Position numbers and translations under genes: made by a program. Positions 57,678 through 64,000 of a stretch of 64,000 nucleotides of DNA are shown one piece after another. The stretch's first letter is position 1. Every line of letters starts with the position of its first letter. A model generated the notes under the pieces. That model was not told where the DNA came from and did no database searches. It was given only the letters and a program-made list of their open reading frames with translations. Source of the stretch: a virus; IMG/VR virus record IMGVR_UViG_3300032313_001465, positions 64,001 to 128,000 of that record; one strand, written 5' to 3'.

Positions 57678-57717
57678 AATTAACAAACAAACAAACAAAA
57701 ACAAAACAACAGAAAAA

Positions 57718-59361
57718 ATGGCAAACATTCAAAACTTACTCGAATCAGCTAACCCGTATAAATCACTACAAGGTGATGCGGCTAGATTAGCAAACAAATG
57801 GAGTAGAACAGGATTGTTAGAAGGTATCAAAAATGAAACCGAGAAAAACAATATGTCTATGATCCTTGAAAACCAAGCAAAACAATTGGTAATTGAAGCC
57901 TCTCAAACAGGAGGTGGTACTTCTTCAACAGCTACTTTTACAGCAGGTGTTGGTGAACAATGGGCAGGTGTAGCTCTTCCGTTAGTTCGTAAGATCTTCG
58001 GTCAAATTGCATCAAAAGAATTCGTTAGTGTTCAACCAATGAACTTACCTTCAGGTCTAGTGTTTTTCTTAGATTTCCAATATGGTACATCTAAAAATCC
58101 ATTTACAGCAGGTAAATCAATGTATGGTGATACTGGTTCTAACTTTGGTAATACAAACACTGGTGGTCTATATGGTGCTGGTAGATTTGGTTACTCAGTT
58201 AACAACACTTCATCTATTCAGGCAGCAACAACTGGTTCAGCTACTTGGTCTACTTTTGATCTAGATAGTGATTATTCAGCTTCAGCAGCCGCTGGTTCTT
58301 GGAAAACATTAACTGTAACTTTATCATCTACAACTGATTTCTTAGCAGCTAGATCATTTACTCTTACTTCTGCTTCTAACATCGCAGTAACAGATAACTT
58401 ACCTGCATTTACTACTTTTAATACAGCAAATAACACTGTAACTTTCGTTATTACTGGTTCAAAAATAACTGATGCTTTTGCTCCAGCTGGTTCATTACCA
58501 AACGTTACTTGTTCATATTCATTACAACCAACTGATAAATACAGAGGTGATTTTGAAGATGCTAACACTGCTTTGAACGCAAACAACAGTTCAATTACAA
58601 TTCCTCAAATCAACGTTCAAATGAGATCTGAAGCAATTGTTGCTAAAACAAGAAAATTAAAAGCAGCATGGACTCCGGAATTCGCTCAAGATTTAAATGC
58701 CTACCATGCATTAGATGCTGAAGCTGAATTAACTAGCATTATGAGTGAATACATCAGTTTAGAAATTGACTTAGAAATTTTGGATATGTTGATCGAAACA
58801 GCAGCCGCAGGTACTGAATATTGGTCAGCAGTAAATAACCAAAGTTTAAGTGTAAGTGGTACTACTGTAACTAACAACCCATCTTTAGGTTTCTTTAACA
58901 CACAAGGACAATGGTTCCAAACTTTAGGAACTAAAATCCAAAAATTATCAAACGCAATTCACCAAAGAACATTAAGAGGTGGTGCAAACTTCATCGTTTG
59001 TTCTCCAACAGTAGCAACTATCTTGGAATCAATCCCAGGTTTTGCAAGTACTTCTGATGGTGAAGCTTCAAAAATGACTTATGCATTTGGTGTACAAAAA
59101 ATGGGTCAATTGAATGGTAGATATCAAGTATACAAAAATCCATACATGACAGAAAACACTATATTGATGGGTTACAGAGGTCAACAATTCTTGGAAACAG
59201 GTGCAGTTTTTGCTCCATATATTCCATTGATCATGACTCCGTTAGTGTACGATCCAAACACATTTACTCCTAACAAAGGTCTATTAACTAGATATGCAAA
59301 GAAAATGGTAAGACCTGAGTTTTATGCAAAGATCTTCGTTTCAGGTTTAAATACTCTATAG
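57718..59361 (+). CDS. gp23: Major capsid protein (T4 gp23-like)
   Basis: VQPMNLPSGLVF, AKTRKLKAAWT.E.AQDL..H..DAEAEL, APYIPL, TRY. Confidence 0.96.
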   Translation: MANIQNLLESANPYKSLQGDAARLANKWSRTGLLEGIKNETEKNNMSMILENQAKQLVIEASQTGGGTSSTATFTAGVGEQWAGVALPLVRKIFGQIASKEFVSVQPMNLPSGLVFFLDFQYGTSKNPFTAGKSMYGDTGSNFGNTNTGGLYGAGRFGYSVNNTSSIQAATTGSATWSTFDLDSDYSASAAAGSWKTLTVTLSSTTDFLAARSFTLTSASNIAVTDNLPAFTTFNTANNTVTFVITGSKITDAFAPAGSLPNVTCSYSLQPTDKYRGDFEDANTALNANNSSITIPQINVQMRSEAIVAKTRKLKAAWTPEFAQDLNAYHALDAEAELTSIMSEYISLEIDLEILDMLIETAAAGTEYWSAVNNQSLSVSGTTVTNNPSLGFFNTQGQWFQTLGTKIQKLSNAIHQRTLRGGANFIVCSPTVATILESIPGFASTSDGEASKMTYAFGVQKMGQLNGRYQVYKNPYMTENTILMGYRGQQFLETGAVFAPYIPLIMTPLVYDPNTFTPNKGLLTRYAKKMVRPEFYAKIFVSGLNTL

Positions 59362-59383
59362 TAATAACCTTACTTTTTAAATT

Positions 59384-59411
59384 AAGCCGAACTTTTAGTT
59401 CGGCTTTTTTT
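59384..59411 (+). terminator. Intrinsic terminator after capsid gene
   Basis: AAGCCGAACT..AGTTCGGCTT + T run. Confidence 0.85.
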
Positions 59412-59469
59412 ATCCTAAAAAATATTTTGTATATTTATAAACGACAAGATGTGTTAAATAAATAGTAGG

Positions 59470-60969
59470 ATGAAAAAACAATATAATTCAAAAATTATAC
59501 AATATTCAATATCTGGGGATGTTATAAATATATTTAATTCACCACATGATGCTGTACATATTGTTAATTATGATTCTATAATTAGTTGTTGCAAGGGAAA
59601 ATATAAAACAGCAGGTGGATTTATATGGGAATTTGAAGATAATAAAATTCCAAATATATCTAAGGACGGAGACATACAATGTAAAATATGCAAATCCAAA
59701 GAATCAGTACGTTCTATGGCTATGCATTTAAGGTGGGTACATAACATAAAAACAAATGAATATGTAAAGGAGTTTGGAGAATTTAGACCTAAAGAACTAA
59801 AATCAAATACAAAAAAACAAGAATCTGGGTTTGAATGTAAGGAATGTGGTGAAAAATTAAAAAGTAATCAAAATTTAATGTATCATATTACAAAGTCTCA
59901 CCCTGAAATAACTAAACATGACTATATAATTAAACATTTATATAAGGAAATCCATCCAACTTGTAAATGTGGATGTGGGGAGGAGGTAACAATATTAGAA
60001 AACGGTAAAAATTGTGATTTAGGTAAAGAAACGTATTCTAGAGACTATATAAAAGGACACTGGGATTGGGAAGTATTTTCAAACATAGGGAAACAATCTA
60101 AAGAAGAAATAAAATTAGTAGATTTCATAAAAACAATATATTCAGGTGAAATCCAAACCAGTGTTAGGGGGATAATCCCTAAATCAGAAATAGATATATA
60201 TTTACCTGAATTAAATATTGGAATTGAATATAATGGATTATATTGGCACTCTGAAAAAGGAGGGAGATTTAAAGAATATCATTTAGAAAAATTAAAAAAA
60301 GCTAATGAAGTAAATATTAGATTAATACAAATATTTTCAGATGAGTGGTTAAATAAAAATGAGATTACTAAAAATAAACTAATATCAATCATTCAGCCTA
60401 AATCAAATAGAGTATATGCTCGAAAGTGTAATATAAAAGAAATATCATCAACTGATAAAAATATTTTTTTAAATAAATATCATATTCAAGGTGAAGATAG
60501 AAGTACATATAAGTTAGGAATTTTTAATTTAGATGAATTGATAGGAGTTATGACTTTTTCCAAACCTAGAATATCATTAGGAGGTAATATAAAATTAGAA
60601 GATACTTATGAATTATCAAGGTACGCCTCTTCAACATATATTGTTGGTGGAGCTGCTAAATTAATAAAATATTTTAAAAAACTCATCAACCCAAAATTAA
60701 TATATTCATATTCAGATAATAGATGGACTAATCCTAACAATAATATGTACCTGAAATTAGGGTTTAAACATGTTAAAACTTCCTCCCCTAATTATTTTTA
60801 TACAAAAAATTATCTAACACGAATTCATAGATATAATTTTAATAAATTTAATCTTAAAAAAATGGGAGCAGATGTACAAAATCATACTGAGTTTCAAATT
60901 ATGGAAGGATTGGGATATACTAAAATATGGGACTGTGGTTCTTCTAGGTATGAGTTAAAATTTAGTTAA
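59470..60969 (+). CDS. Hef-like homing endonuclease (NUMOD1, Zn fingers, Vsr/DUF559-like nuclease, GNAT-like C-terminus)
   Basis: KTAGGFIW, C2H2-like fingers, EIDIY..IEYNGLYWH, VYARKC..ELSRY..IWDCG. Confidence 0.7.
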   Translation: MKKQYNSKIIQYSISGDVINIFNSPHDAVHIVNYDSIISCCKGKYKTAGGFIWEFEDNKIPNISKDGDIQCKICKSKESVRSMAMHLRWVHNIKTNEYVKEFGEFRPKELKSNTKKQESGFECKECGEKLKSNQNLMYHITKSHPEITKHDYIIKHLYKEIHPTCKCGCGEEVTILENGKNCDLGKETYSRDYIKGHWDWEVFSNIGKQSKEEIKLVDFIKTIYSGEIQTSVRGIIPKSEIDIYLPELNIGIEYNGLYWHSEKGGRFKEYHLEKLKKANEVNIRLIQIFSDEWLNKNEITKNKLISIIQPKSNRVYARKCNIKEISSTDKNIFLNKYHIQGEDRSTYKLGIFNLDELIGVMTFSKPRISLGGNIKLEDTYELSRYASSTYIVGGAAKLIKYFKKLINPKLIYSYSDNRWTNPNNNMYLKLGFKHVKTSSPNYFYTKNYLTRIHRYNFNKFNLKKMGADVQNHTEFQIMEGLGYTKIWDCGSSRYELKFS

Positions 60970-60989
60970 TATTTATAATAAAAATACTT

Positions 60990-61688
60990 ATGTCTGATTA
61001 TAACAAATCTAAAGAAGCACAAGAAGTTTTTAAAAATAAAACTAAACCAAAAACTCCAATTAAATTCGGAATTTCATTAAATGAAGAACAAAAAGAGGGC
61101 AAAAAAATTATTCTAGATAATACCATATCTGTACTTAAGGGTAAAGCAGGTTCTGGAAAAACTCTTACAGCAATTCAAATAGGTTTAGATTTATTATTTC
61201 AAAAAGAAATAGACAAAATAATAATAGCTAGACCCTATATTACTGCTGGAGAAGATATAGGATTTTTACCTGGAGGGGTGGATGAAAAATTAGCATACTT
61301 AACAGCTCCTATATATAATATTATGCATGATCTAATTGGTATCCAGAAAACAGAGAGTTTAGTAGCAGAAGGAAAAATCATAATAGCACCATTTGGGTTT
61401 CTTAGAGGAAATACATTTTCATCTTGTTATGTTATAATAGATGAGGCCCAAAATGCAACTCACGGTCAAATAGAGTTAATGTTAGGGAGACTAGGATTAA
61501 ATAGTAAAATGATATTTTGTGGTGATATGTCTCAATGTGACCTAAAAGACAAAAAATCTTCAGGATTTGATTTCTTTTCAAGACTAGAAACTAATGTAGA
61601 TCAAATCAAAATCATAAGTTTAAAACAAAACCATAGACATCCAATAGTAGATAAAATATTAGATGTGTATAATGAATATAGAAATTAA
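60990..61688 (+). CDS. phoH: PhoH-family ATPase
   Basis: GKAGSGKT, IGFLPG..EK, LRGNTF, DEAQN, GDMSQCD, RHPIV. Confidence 0.93.
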   Translation: MSDYNKSKEAQEVFKNKTKPKTPIKFGISLNEEQKEGKKIILDNTISVLKGKAGSGKTLTAIQIGLDLLFQKEIDKIIIARPYITAGEDIGFLPGGVDEKLAYLTAPIYNIMHDLIGIQKTESLVAEGKIIIAPFGFLRGNTFSSCYVIIDEAQNATHGQIELMLGRLGLNSKMIFCGDMSQCDLKDKKSSGFDFFSRLETNVDQIKIISLKQNHRHPIVDKILDVYNEYRN

Positions 61689-61724
61689 ATTTTATAATAT
61701 TTATAACGAACCAATAAACAAACA

Positions 61725-62111
61725 ATGGGCGCAGGTAGGTATTCATTCACAATTGAACAAGGTTCAACATTAAATTTTGAATTACAGTATAAAAACGCAA
61801 CAGGTAGTGCCATAAACTTATCAGGATATAGTGGTAAAATGCAAATTAAATCAAATTATGCCGATAATTCTCCTACAATATATCTTACATTAAGTAGTTC
61901 CCTTCAAGCAGATGGAACAGGACTAAATTTCAGCGGATCTAACGGCTCTACTCCAACGGCTTCAGGTTCTATTGGGGTATTTATATCAGCTGCTACTTCG
62001 TCGTTACTTATGTTTGATACCGCTTTATACGATTTAGAAATTACATCAGGTAGTATAGTAACAAGAATTTTAGAAGGACAAGTAAAATTATCAAAAGAAG
62101 TAACTAGATAA
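61725..62111 (+). CDS. Tail/baseplate-associated beta-sandwich protein
   Basis: IEQGST..INLSGY..YDLEI..RILEG pattern; precedes the fibre gene. Confidence 0.65.
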   Translation: MGAGRYSFTIEQGSTLNFELQYKNATGSAINLSGYSGKMQIKSNYADNSPTIYLTLSSSLQADGTGLNFSGSNGSTPTASGSIGVFISAATSSLLMFDTALYDLEITSGSIVTRILEGQVKLSKEVTR

Positions 62112-64000
62112 TGGCAGATTGTGCAAAACCAATAAATATTATTCCAAATAATAATACTGTTAAGATAGTAAATACTAATAATACTATCAAGATAATAGAT
62201 AATGATTGCTGTAAAACGGTTAGTGTTGAACAGCCCATTACTAGCGTCGTTCAGGTATTAACTGGTCCATTAGGTTTACCAGGAAACACGGGACCTTCAG
62301 GATCGCAAGGTCCTTCTGGTTCACAGGGACCTTCCGGTTCACAAGGACCTTCAGGATCGCAAGGTCCTTCCGGTTCACAAGGACCTTCAGGATCGCAAGG
62401 ACCTTCTGGTTCACAGGGGCCTTCCGGTTCACAAGGTATCCAAGGTCCTTCCGGTTCACAGGGACCTTCCGGTTCACAAGGACCTTCCGGTTCACAAGGT
62501 ATCCAAGGTCCTTCCGGTTCATCTGCTCCATTTATATTTGTTGGGGGAAATGTTTGGAACACAACAAGTAGTATTGAAATTACAGGCTCATTTACAGTTT
62601 CAGGATCTTCTACTTTTACAAATATAGGACCTGCTATTTTTAGTGGTAGCGTAACATCAACACAAGGATTTACAGGTTCATTGCTTGGAACTTCTAGCTA
62701 TGCATTAACAGCTTCATACGTTGAAAATGCACAAAGTGCATCTTATGTTTTAAATGCAGTATCAAGTTCTTTTGCAATTACCGCATCATATGCTTTAAAT
62801 GGAGGAGTAACACAATTACTAGCAGGACCAAATGTATTATTATCACCAACCAATGGTTTAGGACAAGTTACAATCTCATCAACTAGTGGCGGAGGTGGAT
62901 TTAACACAGCGACAGGATCATATGGGTCATTTTACTCTACTCAAACTCAAACCAATGTTGCTGGTACTGCTCGTTCAATGTCTCTTAATACAACAGACAT
63001 TACAAACGGAGTATCTATCTCAGGATCAACAAATCCATATAACACATATATTAAAGTAGAAAATGCCGGTGTATATGATATACAATTTTCTGCTCAAGTA
63101 GATAAAAGCGATGCTGGAGCAGACGAGATATGGATATGGCTTAGAAAAAATGGAACAAATTTAACAGATACTGCAACCTCGATAAAATTAACTGGTAATG
63201 CGGATCATCAAGTAGCAGCATGGAATTTCTTTGCTAATGCAGCTGCAAATGATTACTTTCAATTAATGTGGTATTCACCAGACGCAAATGTTCGTTTACA
63301 TGCAGAACCTGCATTCGGAGTAGTACCAGGTATTCCTTCTTTAATAGTAACAGTAAATAGAGTAGATCAATTTTTAAGTAATACCGGATCATTTAGTGGA
63401 TCGTTTGTTGGGATTGCAACTACTGCATCATTTGCTCAAACCGCTTCATACGTCCAAAATGCACAAAGTGCATCTTATGTTTTAAATGCAGTATCAAGTT
63501 CTTTTGCAATTACCGCATCATATATTCAGTTTGAAGGAAAACCTTTATCTCCTGGGTATCCCAATAACTACATACTTCCAGTTCGAACTTCAACTGGAAT
63601 AATAAGCTTAGCAGCAGGTAATTTATTAGATTCTCCCGCTAACATAAGATACTATCCTATCCAACTATCAAGAGATACTTTGGTATCATCTATTGGAGCA
63701 CTTGTAAGAGGAACTTTATCAACTACCACAGGTTCATATAGATTAGGAATTTACAATAGTACTGAAGCATCTTCATCATTATTACAAGGAGCTACTGCAC
63801 TTCCCGGAACGTTATTAGGAGATTATGGTGTAGTCCGTCAAATAGGAGTAGCACAAGCATTTGTTGAAATATTATTTGCACCTGCAAATAGACCAACCTT
63901 AAAAAAAGGAGAAATATACTGGTTAGCAATCTCACCTTCAGGAAGCACAACAACCGCAGTAAATCCAACTAATGGTACTGTATGGAATGATTATTTTGGC
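62111..64000 (+). CDS. Tail fibre with collagen-like repeat (3' truncated by window)
   Basis: Frame from ATG 62111 appears open to the window end; G-X-Y tract and TAS/SAS fibre repeats. Confidence 0.8.
   Translation, partial: MADCAKPINIIPNNNTVKIVNTNNTIKIIDNDCCKTVSVEQPITSVVQVLTGPLGLPGNTGPSGSQGPSGSQGPSGSQGPSGSQGPSGSQGPSGSQGPSGSQGPSGSQGIQGPSGSQGPSGSQGPSGSQGIQGPSGSSAPFIFVGGNVWNTTSSIEITGSFTVSGSSTFTNIGPAIFSGSVTSTQGFTGSLLGTSSYALTASYVENAQSASYVLNAVSSSFAITASYALNGGVTQLLAGPNVLLSPTNGLGQVTISSTSGGGGFNTATGSYGSFYSTQTQTNVAGTARSMSLNTTDITNGVSISGSTNPYNTYIKVENAGVYDIQFSAQVDKSDAGADEIWIWLRKNGTNLTDTATSIKLTGNADHQVAAWNFFANAAANDYFQLMWYSPDANVRLHAEPAFGVVPGIPSLIVTVNRVDQFLSNTGSFSGSFVGIATTASFAQTASYVQNAQSASYVLNAVSSSFAITASYIQFEGKPLSPGYPNNYILPVRTSTGIISLAAGNLLDSPANIRYYPIQLSRDTLVSSIGALVRGTLSTTTGSYRLGIYNSTEASSSLLQGATALPGTLLGDYGVVRQIGVAQAFVEILFAPANRPTLKKGEIYWLAISPSGSTTTAVNPTNGTVWNDYFG
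62264..62524 (+). repeat. Collagen-like tract, 29 G-X-Y triplets (mostly GPSGSQ)
   Basis: 18-bp tandem unit GG(A/T/G)CCTTCnGG(A/T)TC(A/G)CA(A/G). Confidence 0.92.
62724..63523 (+). repeat. 68-bp perfect in-frame direct repeat inside the fibre gene
   Basis: 62724-62791 equals 63456-63523, 732 nt apart. Confidence 0.9.

Larger units (their letters stand above)
8911..61704 (+). promoter_or_regulatory. Dispersed putative late promoter ATA(T/C)(T/G)TAT
   Basis: ATATTTAT at 8911, 10135, 13383, 15946, 25593, 30546, 31839, 35965, 42063, 43704, 47676, 52749, 52759, 59431, 60969, 61697, mostly within about 40 nt of a start codon; variants at 27349, 40849, 56502. Confidence 0.75.

Noticed and set aside
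18856-58264. Nested + strand ORFs 18856-19107 and 58082-58264
   Set aside because: Out-of-frame within strong structural genes, with no leader or recognisable motif.
3619-62562. All minus-strand ORFs in the track (e.g. 17409-17807, 30800-31270, 40195-40677, 62241-62562)
   Set aside because: They overlap well-supported + strand genes or RNAs and read as antisense shadows; the CEPEGP repeats are the reverse of the collagen tract.
1-64000. Stop-codon recoding, as in some large phages
   Set aside because: Core genes are full-length in code 11, TAG/TGA stops are followed directly by new genes or terminators, and no convincing suppressor tRNA was found.

Overview
AT-rich, gene-dense 64-kb fragment of a large T4-like myovirus genome. 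All credible genes lie on the + strand and read in the standard code. The host is probably Bacteroidota: promoters have TTGG-N19-TAnnTT geometry, leaders are A-rich and lack Shine-Dalgarno sites, and an Hc1-like protein is present. Layout: (1) 1-7.8 kb, small early genes under six copies of a strictly spaced promoter with tandem CGTCAT boxes; (2) 7.85-8.86 kb, tRNA-Glu, tRNA-Gln, tRNA-fMet and a tmRNA with a long 24-residue tag; (3) holin, GH19 endolysin, GIY-YIG endonuclease, HD hydrolase and a gp55-like late sigma factor; (4) 13.7-28.3 kb, baseplate module; (5) DenA-like nuclease, primase and exonuclease; (6) 30.5-48.6 kb, about 30 late-promoter-driven accessory genes, many beginning with shared amphipathic leaders that end in (L/I)xE; (7) terminase, portal, protease, scaffold, major capsid, a Hef-like endonuclease, PhoH and a truncated collagen-repeat fibre. 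Best candidate for an undescribed system: a modular capsid-cargo addressing system, in which short leaders (one matching the scaffold C-terminus) are fused to diverse payloads including variable-face LRR proteins. Other candidates are the Pho-box-like early promoter element, a pseudoknotted orphan ncRNA, a long-range RNA stem enclosing an ORF between tRNA-fMet and tmRNA, and an [S/T]GS motif enriched in virion proteins. All protein calls come from motif recognition by eye; no database searches were run.
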